The position numbers and the translations under genes were made by a program. A model generated the notes under the pieces. The model had not been told where the DNA came from and ran no database searches. It worked only from the letters and a program-made list of their open reading frames with translations. From an uncultured Candidatus Bathyarchaeia archaeon (GTDB taxonomy: Archaea; Thermoproteota; Bathyarchaeia; TCS64): a stretch of DNA of 64,000 nt. The DNA is taken from NCBI GenBank assembly GCA_964587735.1, contig CAZPMB010000002.1, positions 1,736-65,735 on the forward strand, given 5' to 3'. Shown here piece after piece: positions 19,273-29,121 of this stretch. How positions within the stretch are numbered: the first letter of the stretch is position 1; every line of letters starts with the position of its first letter.

Positions 19273-19680
19273 ATGCACGAGTGGGCCTTGGCCGAGGGCG
19301 TAGTCTCCACCGCCACCAAGATCGCAGAGGAACAGGGGCTGGAAGAGGTCACGGAGGTGACAGTCAGGATAGGCGAGCTCCAGCAGATAGAGCACGAAGT
19401 CTTCAGTTTCGCTCTCGAGCAGCTCAGGACGCCTGTGATGAAGAACGCAAAGTTCGTCCTCGAGACGATCCCCGGAAAGTTGAGATGCCGGGCATGCGGC
19501 AAGGAGTGGCTCTTCAGCCCGGAGGCGCTGGGCGATGAGGTCTCGGAGGCCATCCACTTCGTTCCGGAGGTAGCCCACGTCTACGTCAAGTGCCCGAGCT
19601 GTGGGAGCCCGGACTTTGAGATCATCGAGGGGCGGGGAGTCATCCTGGCCTCTATTAAGGGGGTGAAGGGAAGTGATTGA
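19273..19680 (+). CDS. hypA: Hydrogenase nickel incorporation protein HypA
   Basis: MHEWALAEGVV N-terminus (MHE Ni site) and CRACG...CPSCG zinc ribbon. Confidence 0.85.
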   Translation: MHEWALAEGVVSTATKIAEEQGLEEVTEVTVRIGELQQIEHEVFSFALEQLRTPVMKNAKFVLETIPGKLRCRACGKEWLFSPEALGDEVSEAIHFVPEVAHVYVKCPSCGSPDFEIIEGRGVILASIKGVKGSD

Positions 19681-20410
19681 CCCCAGGCTTGAGATCATAG
19701 GCAAAAGGCTCGGGAAGATAGGGAAGATCGTGGCCGTCTCGAGCGGGAAGGGAGGCGTCGGCAAGAGCATGGTCGCTGCCATCCTGGCGCTCACCCTGAG
19801 GAGAGAGGGTTTCAGCGTTGGGCTGCTGGACTTAGACTTCACCAGCCCCTCGAGCCACGTCATCCTGGGTGTGGAGGGGCTCTACCCCGAGGAGGATAAA
19901 GGTATAGTGCCTCCTCTGGCCCATGGCATAATGTACATGTCCATAACCTACTACTCACTCGACAAGCCGGCCCCGCTGAGGGGTTCAGATGTCACAGACG
20001 CCATAATTGAGCTCCTGGCCATCACCAGATGGGGGGAGCTCGACTATCTGGTGATAGACATGCCGCCCGGCATAGGCGACGCCACCCTCGACCTGCTACG
20101 CCTCGTCAAGGGGATAAGCTTCCTCGTCGTGACTACTCCCTCGATGGTGGCCTTCGAGACCGTCAGAAAGCTCCTTGTCCTCTTACATGAGCTTGGTATT
20201 TCCATAATCGGCGTCGTCGAGAACATGGTGATGCAACCTTCGAGACAGATAAGGAGTCAGGTCGAACGAATCGGACAACGCTACCTTGGGGAAATACCCT
20301 TCGACAAGGAGCTGGAGGGGGCCCTCGGTGACGTCGAAAGGCTCATGGGCACCGGTTTCGCCTCATCGCTGAAGAAGATAGCCGGGGATGTTCAACAAAG
20401 GCTCAATTGA
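19673..20410 (+). CDS. Mrp/MinD-family P-loop ATPase, candidate ATPase-type HypB (Ni insertion partner of HypA)
   Basis: GKGGVGKS Walker A, ParA/MinD/Mrp fold. Overlaps the hypA stop by 8 nt. No GTPase-type hypB in the window. Confidence 0.6.
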   Translation: MIDPRLEIIGKRLGKIGKIVAVSSGKGGVGKSMVAAILALTLRREGFSVGLLDLDFTSPSSHVILGVEGLYPEEDKGIVPPLAHGIMYMSITYYSLDKPAPLRGSDVTDAIIELLAITRWGELDYLVIDMPPGIGDATLDLLRLVKGISFLVVTTPSMVAFETVRKLLVLLHELGISIIGVVENMVMQPSRQIRSQVERIGQRYLGEIPFDKELEGALGDVERLMGTGFASSLKKIAGDVQQRLN

Positions 20411-20629
20411 GAAGGATCTTAGAGGGACAAGGATATTGACTGCTCAGAGTCTCAGAGCTCCATTTACGATATGTAATGAGGATCTACTTCTCTGCGCGTG
20501 ATAACTGCACAAAATTCCGCTATTAAACTGGCGTATATGCTAGCATTAAAAGCCCTTTACTGGACTCCTTGCCCTCCGTCACCCGTAGGATTTATCCATC
20601 GCCATATATCATGGAAGGGGAGGATACCC

Positions 20630-21118
20630 ATGGTACCCATAGATGCCGTTGTCGATATCAGCAAGTCGGATGCCCGCTTCCTCCGCAGGCTCGCCGCGGA
20701 GATGGGCGCTTCCGACCTGAGCAAGTGCTTCCAGTGCGGCGTCTGCGTCGCCAGCTGTCCCGTCAGGGAGATCGAGGCGGAGTTCAACCCCAGGCGGATC
20801 ATGAAGCTGGCGAAGCTCGGCCTGAAGGACATCGTCCTCGGGAGCGATTTCATCTGGCTGTGCTCCATGTGCTTCATGTGCCACGAGCGCTGCCCCCAGG
20901 ACGTAAGGCCGCCCGAGGTTATGACGGTCCTGAGGAACATCGCCGCGAAGGAGGGCATTGCGCCGCCTAACCTGATGAAGCTCGTCGAAGTGCTCTCCGA
21001 GAACGGGAGGGTCTACCCACTCGACGACTTTACGATGGACGAAAGGCAGGACAGGGATCTACCCGAGGTAGAGTCCAAACCAGGGTTCGTGATGAAGATA
21101 GCAGGGGCGGGGAAATGA
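20630..21118 (+). CDS. hdrC: Heterodisulfide reductase subunit C
   Basis: Two CxxCxxC...CP ferredoxin-like motifs (CFQCGVCVASCP, CSMCFMCHERCP). ATG at 20630 preceded by GGAAGGGGAGG. The track ORF starts upstream at 20498. Confidence 0.8.
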   Translation: MVPIDAVVDISKSDARFLRRLAAEMGASDLSKCFQCGVCVASCPVREIEAEFNPRRIMKLAKLGLKDIVLGSDFIWLCSMCFMCHERCPQDVRPPEVMTVLRNIAAKEGIAPPNLMKLVEVLSENGRVYPLDDFTMDERQDRDLPEVESKPGFVMKIAGAGK

Positions 21119-21990
21119 GGTACGCCCTGTTCCTCGGCTGCACCATACCGGCCAGGCAGATGAACTACGAGCAGTCGGCCCGGACTGTAGCGAAGGCGCT
21201 GGGAATCGATCTGGTCGACGTCGACTTCGGTTGCTGCGGCTTTCCGATAGAGCCGGTAGACGAGGTAAAGGCCCTTTCCATGGCCGCTGTGAACCTCAAG
21301 AAGGGGAAGGAGAAAGGGCTCGATATCGTCACCCTGTGCTCTGCCTGCGGCGAGATGCTTACGAAGGCTGAGGAGGTCCTGGAGAAGGACGAAGCCATGG
21401 GAAAGAGCGTCAACGGCGTCCTCGGCAAACAGGTGGGCACAGAGTACAAAGGGGAGAAGCCCCGCGTCGTCCACTTCGCCAGGATGCTCTACGAGGACAT
21501 CGGTAGAGAGAAGATAAGAGCTCTAGTCAAGCGCCCGCTCCAGGGGCTGAAGATAGCGACCCACCCCGGCTGCCACTACGTGAGGCCCTCCAGCCTCAGC
21601 GGCGGATTCGACGACCCCGAGTTCCCCCACAGCCTCGACGAGCTCGTCGAGGCCACGGGCGCAGAGGCTGTAGACTATATGGGCAAGGAGGACTGCTGCG
21701 GGGGGAGCATCTTGGCCGTGAGGGAGGATGTCTCGAAGGCGATGACACGGAAGAAGCTAGAGGCGCTGAGCGGGAAGGTGGACGCGATGGTGTTAATCTG
21801 CCCGTTCTGTGGGATCATGTACGACAGGTACCAGAAGCTGATGGCCGACGAGCTGGAGAAGGAGTACAATGTCCCAGTGCTCTACTACCCTCAACTCCTG
21901 GGTCTGGCCCTTGGAATTGACCCTGAAAAGCTAGGTTTCGACGTCAACTCCGTGAGGGTTGACGGGGTTTTAGAGAAGGTGGGTGTCTGA
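21115..21990 (+). CDS. hdrB: Heterodisulfide reductase subunit B (two CCG domains)
   Basis: FGCCGFP and EDCCGGS CCG-domain motifs. MRYALFLGCT start. Confidence 0.85.
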   Translation: MRYALFLGCTIPARQMNYEQSARTVAKALGIDLVDVDFGCCGFPIEPVDEVKALSMAAVNLKKGKEKGLDIVTLCSACGEMLTKAEEVLEKDEAMGKSVNGVLGKQVGTEYKGEKPRVVHFARMLYEDIGREKIRALVKRPLQGLKIATHPGCHYVRPSSLSGGFDDPEFPHSLDELVEATGAEAVDYMGKEDCCGGSILAVREDVSKAMTRKKLEALSGKVDAMVLICPFCGIMYDRYQKLMADELEKEYNVPVLYYPQLLGLALGIDPEKLGFDVNSVRVDGVLEKVGV

Positions 21991-24313
21991 GTTGGCGTTG
22001 GGTGTTTTCATCTGCAAGTGCGGAGGCAACATCTCCGGGACCGTGAACTGCGAGGAGGTCAGGGACGCCGTCAAGGACATGGATGGGGTGACGACCGCCC
22101 AGGTAACCGAGTTCCTCTGCTCGAAGCCTGGGCTCCAGCTGATCAGGAACGCTATCCAGAGGAGGAAGCTGGACAGGGTCGTCGTGGCGTGCTGCAGCCC
22201 CCATATGCACGAGAAGATGTTCCAGAACGTTGTCGAGGAGGAGGGGGTGAACAGGTACCGCTTGGTCCACGTCAACCTGAGGGAGCACTGCAGCTGGGTC
22301 CACGAGAAGGGCGCCACCGAGAAGGCCGTCAACCTCGTGAAGGGAGGGGTGAGGAGGGCGCTCACCCTCGAGCCCCTCGAGGGAAAGGAGGTTGAGCTCT
22401 GCAGGGATGTCCTAGTCATCGGGGGCGGGGTCGCGGGCATAACAGCGGCTCTGCAGCTCTCCGAGGGCGGCTTCAAGGTCAACATGGTGGAGAGGAGGCC
22501 TAGCATCGGGGGCCGGATGGCCCAGCTGAGCAAGACCTTCCCCACCCTCGACTGCTCCCCGTGCATACTGAGCCCCAGGATGGCGGAGGTAGAGAACGAC
22601 AAGAACATCACCCTCTACACGGGGGCAGAGGTAATTGGCGTGACAGGAGGCCCCGGCAACTACAAAGTCGCTGTCAAGCAGAAGGCGAGGGGGGTCGACC
22701 TCGACAAGTGCCTCAAGTGCGGGCGCTGCTCATCGGTCTGCCCGACCGAGGTCCCGAACGAGTTCGAGGAGGGGCTGTACAGCCGGAAGGCGATCTACCT
22801 CCCCTTCCCGCAGGCCGTTCCATCCTCCTACGTCATAGACCTCGAGAACTGCAAGAGGTGCGGCAGCTGTGTTGAGGCGTGTCCTGCCAAGGCTGTCAAC
22901 CTCGACGACGAGGACAAGACGATCGAGCTCGACGTGGGGGCGATCGTCGTCGCCACCGGATTCGACCTCATCGACGATGCGAGGCTCAAGAGCTATCACC
23001 CGGAGCACTCCGGCGTCGTGAACGCCCTCCAGGTGGAGAGACTGATTGAGAACGAGCTCACCGAGGGCAAGGTGCTGATGACGAAGGGCGGCGAAAGGGT
23101 GAAGGGCATAGCCTACGTGCTTTGCGCCGGGAGCCGTGACCCCCACAGGGGGGTCTCCTACTGCAGCGCTGTCTGCTGCCCCTACTCGATAAAGCAGGCG
23201 ATCCTGCTGAAGAAGTTCCTCCCCTACCTGAAGATCTACATCTACTACACGGACATGAGGATGATCGGAAGGGGCTTCGAGGACTTCTACAGGGACGCCA
23301 GGGAGAAGGGCATAATCTTCATCCACGGAAGGCCAGGCGAGGTGACCCCTCTACCCTATGGAAATCTCGAGATCCTGGTGGAGGACATCGACACAGGCAT
23401 AATGTTCAGGAATGAGGTGGAGCTGGTCGTTCTCTCCTCGGCGATGATCCCCTCGGCAGGGACGGCGGAGCTAGCCTCCAAGCTCAGCATCGCCCTCGGG
23501 GAGGACCTCTTCGTCGCCAGCAAGCACGTGAAGCTTGACCCGATCTCGACGCTCAGGGCAGGGATCTTCGCCGCAGGCGTCGCGACCAACTGTAAGGACA
23601 TCCACGACTCCGTCATTGAGGCGAGGGCCGCGGCATCCCACGTCGCAAACTTCCTAGGAGAGGGGAGAATGAAGCTCGACCCCTTCAAACCCACGGTCGT
23701 GGGAGAGTGTGACGGGTGTGGCCTCTGCGTCGAGGTCTGCCCGAGGGGAGCTGTTAGCGTGAAGGGGTTCTCCCCAGTGATCGATCTAGTATCCTGTAAC
23801 GGCTGTGGTGCCTGCGTCTCGGCATGCTCGACGGGGGTGCTCAGGCTCCCGAACTACACAAGGGAAGCCATACTCGAAGAGGTCAGAGGACTCGTCGAAG
23901 GAGCCAAAGACGAGGTCGTCGTAATCGGCTTTTACGACGACAACATCAGTTATACAGCCGCTGACAACGCCGGGACAGCGCGGATCCACTCCCCCACGAA
24001 CATGAGGATCATTAGGACCCCCTCCACGGCTATACTCGACAGGGACACGATACTCAAATCCCTCGGTTATGGGGCGGACGGGATAATGATCTGCGAGGTC
24101 GAGGGGAGCCACGAGGAAAAGCTCGCAGAGAAGCTCGTTGACGAAGTGAGAGGGGAACTGGAGAGGCTCGGCTTGGAGCCCGAGAGAGTGTACCTGAAGC
24201 CGATGGTGCTCCCCATCTTCAAGGTGCTGCCCCAGTTCATCGACGATTTCACCAACACTATCGGGAAACTGGGAAAAATACCGGAGGACAAGCGGGAGAA
24301 AATTCTTGGGTAG
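21983..24313 (+). CDS. hdrA: Heterodisulfide reductase subunit A with a C-terminal Cys-less MvhD-like domain
   Basis: N-terminal Cys domain (FICKCGGN), FAD GGGVAGITAA, inserted and C-terminal 2x[4Fe-4S] ferredoxins. Residues from about 640 align to MvhD with the Cys ligands replaced. Confidence 0.85.
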   Translation: MSELALGVFICKCGGNISGTVNCEEVRDAVKDMDGVTTAQVTEFLCSKPGLQLIRNAIQRRKLDRVVVACCSPHMHEKMFQNVVEEEGVNRYRLVHVNLREHCSWVHEKGATEKAVNLVKGGVRRALTLEPLEGKEVELCRDVLVIGGGVAGITAALQLSEGGFKVNMVERRPSIGGRMAQLSKTFPTLDCSPCILSPRMAEVENDKNITLYTGAEVIGVTGGPGNYKVAVKQKARGVDLDKCLKCGRCSSVCPTEVPNEFEEGLYSRKAIYLPFPQAVPSSYVIDLENCKRCGSCVEACPAKAVNLDDEDKTIELDVGAIVVATGFDLIDDARLKSYHPEHSGVVNALQVERLIENELTEGKVLMTKGGERVKGIAYVLCAGSRDPHRGVSYCSAVCCPYSIKQAILLKKFLPYLKIYIYYTDMRMIGRGFEDFYRDAREKGIIFIHGRPGEVTPLPYGNLEILVEDIDTGIMFRNEVELVVLSSAMIPSAGTAELASKLSIALGEDLFVASKHVKLDPISTLRAGIFAAGVATNCKDIHDSVIEARAAASHVANFLGEGRMKLDPFKPTVVGECDGCGLCVEVCPRGAVSVKGFSPVIDLVSCNGCGACVSACSTGVLRLPNYTREAILEEVRGLVEGAKDEVVVIGFYDDNISYTAADNAGTARIHSPTNMRIIRTPSTAILDRDTILKSLGYGADGIMICEVEGSHEEKLAEKLVDEVRGELERLGLEPERVYLKPMVLPIFKVLPQFIDDFTNTIGKLGKIPEDKREKILG

Positions 24314-24384
24314 GAGGTGAGCCCCATCGCCTCTATGGCCCCTTACGCATAACATCCGCGCCGTCTAAAGGTGGTCAATATCGT

Positions 24385-24412
24385 CATGGTTTATTAACTA
24401 ATTAAAATTCTT
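24385..24412. terminator. Candidate bidirectional T-rich terminator region between convergent hdrA and protease genes
   Basis: ttaactaattaaaattcttttcaaaat: near-palindrome plus T-runs in a 118-bp convergent spacer. Confidence 0.3.
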
Positions 24413-24431
24413 TTCAAAATCTGAAGGGACG

Positions 24432-24876
24432 CTACTCCAGTTCTCGTTTGATCATCTTTATGAGCTTCGGCATAGCCACCTGAACCTTCTCAGTTAGATC
24501 GCTGCTGAACGACTCCACATCCTGGGCCTCAACGGCCAAGATCACGATCTTCCCCGGCATCTCATAGGGGTAAAGCTGCTTCCCCAGCTTCAATATGCCG
24601 GGGAGATTCAAGCCATGGGACTGGCCGAAATCGGACTCTACCAGCTCCTCGGGTTCCAGCCTGTGGATAGTCCCGGGTTCGGCGCCCGTCGTTGTTGCAT
24701 CGATGATGATGACCCTGTTTCGGTTCCTGATGTGGTCCAGTAGGTCGATATTCGCAGTGGAAAGGTCGACGGCATCGACCTCAGGCATCTCCTCCTTCAG
24801 GATCTTTACGACATGTATCCCAACGCCGTCGTCAGCCCGGAGGAGGTTGCCTATGCCAATGACCGCGTTCCTCAAC
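24432..24876 (-). CDS. Hydrogenase maturation endopeptidase (HycI/FrhD/HybD family)
   Basis: GIGNLLRADDGVG motif. Likely TTG start at 24876 overlapping the mvhA TGA stop (TTGA). The track ORF extends further upstream in frame. Confidence 0.75.
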
Positions 24877-26335
24877 TCAGGTTCCTTTCGAGCCTCTTGT
24901 ACAGACTGCCCCTGCTGTCGTAGATCTCCACAGCCAAGGGCATCTGGCCGGGAAGGCTGTGTGTTGAGCAGGCGAAGCATGGGTCGTATGCCCTGAAGGC
25001 CATCTCCACCTTGTTGAGGAGGCCCTCGCTCACCTTGCCTCCCTTGATGAGACCACTCGCGGCATCTCTAATAGACACGCAGATGGGCGCGTAGTTATTC
25101 GTGGTTGCTACTATCAGATTCGCCTTCTCCACGAGGCCCTCGCTGTCCAACTTGTAGTGGTGGTAAAGGGTACCCCTCGCTGCCTCGACTACGCCAACCC
25201 CTTCCCCGGGCTTCCCCACTGGGTTCCTCAGGCCCGTCCCCGTTATCTCCGGGTCGGTCGCTAGCTCTAGTGTCCGCTCCGTAGCGTAAAGCAACTCCAC
25301 AAGCCTCGCCCAGTGGAAGGCGAGGGTCGAGTTTACAGGCTTCCCGCCGAGGGTCTTGTACATTCGCTTGTACTCCTCGTCGGCGAGGGGCGTCGCCATG
25401 CCTTCGGCGGCGTTTAGCCTGCCGAGGGGACCGACGCGGTAGATTCCGCTGTCCTTGCCATCCTTCAGCCCCTTCCAGCCGACGTCCTTCAGGTAGGTGA
25501 ACTTCGAGTAAGTCCAGGGCTCCACGTGCTCGGAGATGTAATCGAGGTAGTCCTTCGCCTGGAACCTGTCGTGCTCCCTCCCCTTCTGGTCGGTCACGCG
25601 GATGTCCCCGTCGTAGAAGTTGACCCTGTTGTTCTCGTCGACGAGGCCCATGTTGTAGGTCTTTAGCTGATAGGGGTCGCTGAGGATCAGGTCAACGTAG
25701 CCCTTGTTCCCGAGGACAACGTCGTTGAACACTCTGAGGGTGAACCTTGCGAACTCGATGGAGGAGCGGGCCATCTCCTCTATCTCCTTCCTCTCCTCCT
25801 CGTTCAGCCCCTTCGAGACGCCTCCGGGGAGACCACTCGTCGGGTGGGTCGCCTTCCCGCCGAGGATCTCGATGACCCTCTGTCCATATGCCCTGTGCTT
25901 AATCACCTCCTTTCCGACATCGAGGCCTACCTTCTTCAGGACGCCGAATATGTTCCTCTCTGTTGGCGGGGCATCCGGCCCAACGACGAAGTCTGGGGCC
26001 CCCAGAAAGTAGAAGTGGAGAGTGTGATCGTAGACGTAATAGCCCGAGTACATCAACTCCCTGAGCTTCTTTGCCGTCGGCGTGGGCGCGACATCGTATG
26101 CTGCATCTAGGGCTTTTGTGGAGGCCATGTGGTGTGCCACCGGGCATACGCCGCAGATCCGTGGCGTTATGATGGGCATGTCCTCGGCCCTCCTACCCTC
26201 GCAGAAGCGTTCGAAGCCTCTCAGCTCGGGGACTTGTAGGTACGCGTTCTCGACGTTCCCCTCGTCATTGAGGAATATGGCGATCTTGCCGTGGCCCTCG
26301 AGCCTAGTTATCGGGTCTATGGTGACGGTCTTCAT
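24872..26335 (-). CDS. mvhA: [NiFe] hydrogenase large subunit, MvhA-like (F420-non-reducing type)
   Basis: N-terminal RICGVCPVAH (RxCGxC) and C-terminal DPCFACSTH (DPCxxCxxH) Ni-Fe ligand motifs. 487 aa. Confidence 0.85.
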   Translation of the reverse strand: MKTVTIDPITRLEGHGKIAIFLNDEGNVENAYLQVPELRGFERFCEGRRAEDMPIITPRICGVCPVAHHMASTKALDAAYDVAPTPTAKKLRELMYSGYYVYDHTLHFYFLGAPDFVVGPDAPPTERNIFGVLKKVGLDVGKEVIKHRAYGQRVIEILGGKATHPTSGLPGGVSKGLNEEERKEIEEMARSSIEFARFTLRVFNDVVLGNKGYVDLILSDPYQLKTYNMGLVDENNRVNFYDGDIRVTDQKGREHDRFQAKDYLDYISEHVEPWTYSKFTYLKDVGWKGLKDGKDSGIYRVGPLGRLNAAEGMATPLADEEYKRMYKTLGGKPVNSTLAFHWARLVELLYATERTLELATDPEITGTGLRNPVGKPGEGVGVVEAARGTLYHHYKLDSEGLVEKANLIVATTNNYAPICVSIRDAASGLIKGGKVSEGLLNKVEMAFRAYDPCFACSTHSLPGQMPLAVEIYDSRGSLYKRLERNLS

Positions 26336-27300
26336 CTTTTGATCCTCCTGTTCATGATGGCAACCGGGAGCCCGTATTTATAAAAGGTCCCGACAGGGTC
26401 CTTCAGCTGCGACATGAGCGCCTCGGGGTCGAAGCCCTCCTCCTTCTCCTCGGCGAGGCCCAGGACGGTCGAGAGGGCCGAGATCATCGCAGTCCCCTGC
26501 TCGATGGCCTCGGGGCAAGGGCCCCCACAGCCTGTACAGGGCATGTTGGCGTTCAGGCATCGGGACTCGCAGCCCCCCCTAGTGGCTGGACCCATGCAGA
26601 CGATGCCCTGCTCGAGGAGGCACTTCTCGGGCTCGGGTTCGAAGTCGATGATCCTCCTGATCCCGGCAACTTTCTTCTCCTCCCTGGTCCTAGGGCACTC
26701 GTCGCAGACCGACTTCTCAGGGGCTAGAACCGCACCCTTCGGCGGGAGGTTCCCACTCGCTATGGCCTGGACAGCCTCGACTATGAGCCCCGGCGCCGGA
26801 GGGCACCCCGGCAGATAGTAGTCCACGTCCACGACTTGGTCCAGCGCCATGACAGTGTCGTAGAACTCAGGGAGCGTGAGGGTTCCCTCCTTGGCTTCGA
26901 ACTTGGTCAGTGGGACAAGGTTCTTCTCATTCTCCGTAGAAGGCGACCGCAGGTAGGCCCTCTCGAATACCTCCTCCCGGTCGGCGACGTTGGCGAGCCC
27001 TGGAATGCCGCCCATGTGGGCGCATGAGCCGAAGGCGACGAGGGCCTTCGCCTTCCTCCTGAGCAGCTTGGCGAGGTGATCCTGCTCCTCTGTGCGCACC
27101 GCTCCGTTGAAGAAGCAGACATCCATGAAGCCATCCGGCATCGCCTCCACATCCTTGTATTTGACGTCCATCGCCACAGGCCAGAAGACTACTTCTGCTA
27201 TCTCCAAAACGTCGAGTATCTTCTCGTCGATGTCAAGGACGGCGATCTCACAGCCCCCGCAACTAGCAGCCCAGTAGAACCCGAACTTCAGCTTACCCAA
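26332..27300 (-). CDS. mvhG: [NiFe] hydrogenase small subunit, MvhG-like
   Basis: AASCGGCE proximal-cluster motif and multiple downstream Cys clusters. 322 aa. 4-nt overlap with mvhA. Confidence 0.8.
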   Translation of the reverse strand: MGKLKFGFYWAASCGGCEIAVLDIDEKILDVLEIAEVVFWPVAMDVKYKDVEAMPDGFMDVCFFNGAVRTEEQDHLAKLLRRKAKALVAFGSCAHMGGIPGLANVADREEVFERAYLRSPSTENEKNLVPLTKFEAKEGTLTLPEFYDTVMALDQVVDVDYYLPGCPPAPGLIVEAVQAIASGNLPPKGAVLAPEKSVCDECPRTREEKKVAGIRRIIDFEPEPEKCLLEQGIVCMGPATRGGCESRCLNANMPCTGCGGPCPEAIEQGTAMISALSTVLGLAEEKEEGFDPEALMSQLKDPVGTFYKYGLPVAIMNRRIKR

Positions 27301-27306
27301 ATAATA

Positions 27307-28164
27307 TCACTCCGTGAACTTCTGCAGCATTGAGGCATCGATCTTGTTGCTGTTGAACCCCAGATCGTCGTAGTCGATCCCGAGCGCCAGACCAAGCAGC
27401 TGCGGGTAGTGAACGATAGGCACGTTTGGGGGATTCTCCTGAATCAACTGGCACCTCTCGTATGTCAGGTAGCAGAACGGGCAGGCCGTGATCAGTATAT
27501 CCGCATACTTCTTTACAGTCTCCACCTTCTCAAGGCCGACGCTCCAGGTGACGGCCTCCCGGACTCCCATGATCGGCCCGGCGCAGCACTCCAGCTTGTT
27601 CGGGTAGGCGACGCTCTCCGCGCCAGTGACTTCTACGAGCTCGTCCAATGTTTTTGGTGCCTCTGGGTCGTCCTTGACCATGATGTCCGAGGGCTTCAGC
27701 ATGTGGCACCCATAGTGGGTTCCGACCCTCAGACCCTTCAGCGGCTGTGAAACCTGCGACCCGATCTTTTCTAGGCCTATGTCGTCCTTCAGCATCCTGG
27801 CGAAGTGCTTTACCTCCACCGTCCCCTTGAACTCCCTGCCGACGTCGGCGAGGACCTCATTGACCTCGGCCCTGAGCTTCGGGTCTTCCTTGAGCTCCTT
27901 GTTCGCCCTCATCAGGACCTCCGTGCAGCCGTTGCAGACCGTGACTATGTCTAGCTCCATCTCCTCCGCGATGCAGATGTTCCTTGCGGCGACGGCCAGC
28001 CCCGTATTGTGGTCCAAGGTCTCGAGGTATGTGGTGCCGCAGCAGCTCGAGCCTGGCATGTCCACCAGCTCGATACCCAGCCGCTCAGCGACCCTCCTCG
28101 TTGCCTTCTCGTATCCCCAGAGGCGGGCAAGGGTCGTGCAACCGGCGAAGAACGCGTACTTCAT
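27307..28164 (-). CDS. hdrB: Heterodisulfide reductase subunit B
   Basis: SSCCGTT and LECCAGP CCG motifs. MKYAFFAGCT start. Confidence 0.85.
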   Translation of the reverse strand: MKYAFFAGCTTLARLWGYEKATRRVAERLGIELVDMPGSSCCGTTYLETLDHNTGLAVAARNICIAEEMELDIVTVCNGCTEVLMRANKELKEDPKLRAEVNEVLADVGREFKGTVEVKHFARMLKDDIGLEKIGSQVSQPLKGLRVGTHYGCHMLKPSDIMVKDDPEAPKTLDELVEVTGAESVAYPNKLECCAGPIMGVREAVTWSVGLEKVETVKKYADILITACPFCYLTYERCQLIQENPPNVPIVHYPQLLGLALGIDYDDLGFNSNKIDASMLQKFTE

Positions 28165-28165
28165 C

Positions 28166-28678
28166 TCAGCCCTCCTCCACGAGGCCGAGGAAACCCGTCT
28201 TCCTCATTATCTTCTCGACCTCTTTGGCGTCTGGCTCGGGTGCGGGGGGCAGGTCCTCGTCCTCCCTCATCTCGTTCTGGAAGTCGTCTATCTCGTAGAT
28301 GTACCCAATCTCCGCCAGGGTGTTCATCAGCGCCCTGTGGGTCGGGTGGATTATCCCCCCCTTCACCGCCAGCTTCCGGAGCGCCGAGACTATCTCCGAG
28401 ATCCTAACCTGCTCCGGGCAGCGCTCGTAGCAGGTGTAGCACCCTGCGCAAAGCCACACGGTGTCGCCGACGAGCAGCCTTTCCTTCTGGCCGTAGATCG
28501 CTAGCCGCGCGATCTGCCTGGGCCTGAACGCCTCGACCCTCATGGCGATGGGGCAGTCGGCGGTACAGGTCCCACATTGGTAACAGAGCATCAGCTTCTC
28601 GGCGCCTGGTATCTGCATTAGGCGCTCCCTGAAGCCCTTGTCTGCCTGGGACATCCGGATCTCCTTACGCTCGGTCAA
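28166..28678 (-). CDS. hdrC: Heterodisulfide reductase subunit C
   Basis: CYQCGTCTADCP and CAGCYTCYERCP motifs. Confidence 0.8.
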   Translation of the reverse strand: MTERKEIRMSQADKGFRERLMQIPGAEKLMLCYQCGTCTADCPIAMRVEAFRPRQIARLAIYGQKERLLVGDTVWLCAGCYTCYERCPEQVRISEIVSALRKLAVKGGIIHPTHRALMNTLAEIGYIYEIDDFQNEMREDEDLPPAPEPDAKEVEKIMRKTGFLGLVEEG

Positions 28679-29121
28679 CTTACTCGCCCTCCGGCAGTGA
28701 TGACCTCCAACGGCCTTAGGGGGCTAGGTCCCAGCCTCTTCATGTCTGCGACCATCTCCTTCATCACTCGGGCAAATTTGTCCCCCTCCGCGGCAGAGAT
28801 CCATTCCAGCCTTAGACGTTCCGGCTCAAGCCCGAGCTGAGACATCAGCCTCTTCAGCATTGCGATCCGCCTCTTGGCCTTCAGATTACCGGTAATGTAG
28901 TGGCAGTCGTTGGGAGGGTGGCAGCCGGCGACTAACACTCCGTCTGCCCCGTCCCTGAACGCCTCCAAGATGAAGGCGGGGTGGACCCTCCCGCTACACA
29001 TCACCCTTATTACCCTTAGGTTTGGAGGGTACTGGAACCTGCTGACCCCGGCGAGGTCGGCCCCGGCGTAGCTGCACCAGTTGCAGAGGAACCCAACTAT
29101 CCTCGGCTCGAACTCGGTCAT
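28675..29121 (-). CDS. mvhD: MvhD (methyl-viologen-reducing hydrogenase delta subunit, [2Fe-2S])
   Basis: MTEFEPRIVGFLCNWCSYAGADLAG ... MCSGRV ... GCHPPNDCHY canonical MvhD cysteines. ATG at 29121 overlaps the stop of the upstream hdrA fusion (ATGA). Confidence 0.8.
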   Translation of the reverse strand: MTEFEPRIVGFLCNWCSYAGADLAGVSRFQYPPNLRVIRVMCSGRVHPAFILEAFRDGADGVLVAGCHPPNDCHYITGNLKAKRRIAMLKRLMSQLGLEPERLRLEWISAAEGDKFARVMKEMVADMKRLGPSPLRPLEVITAGGRVS

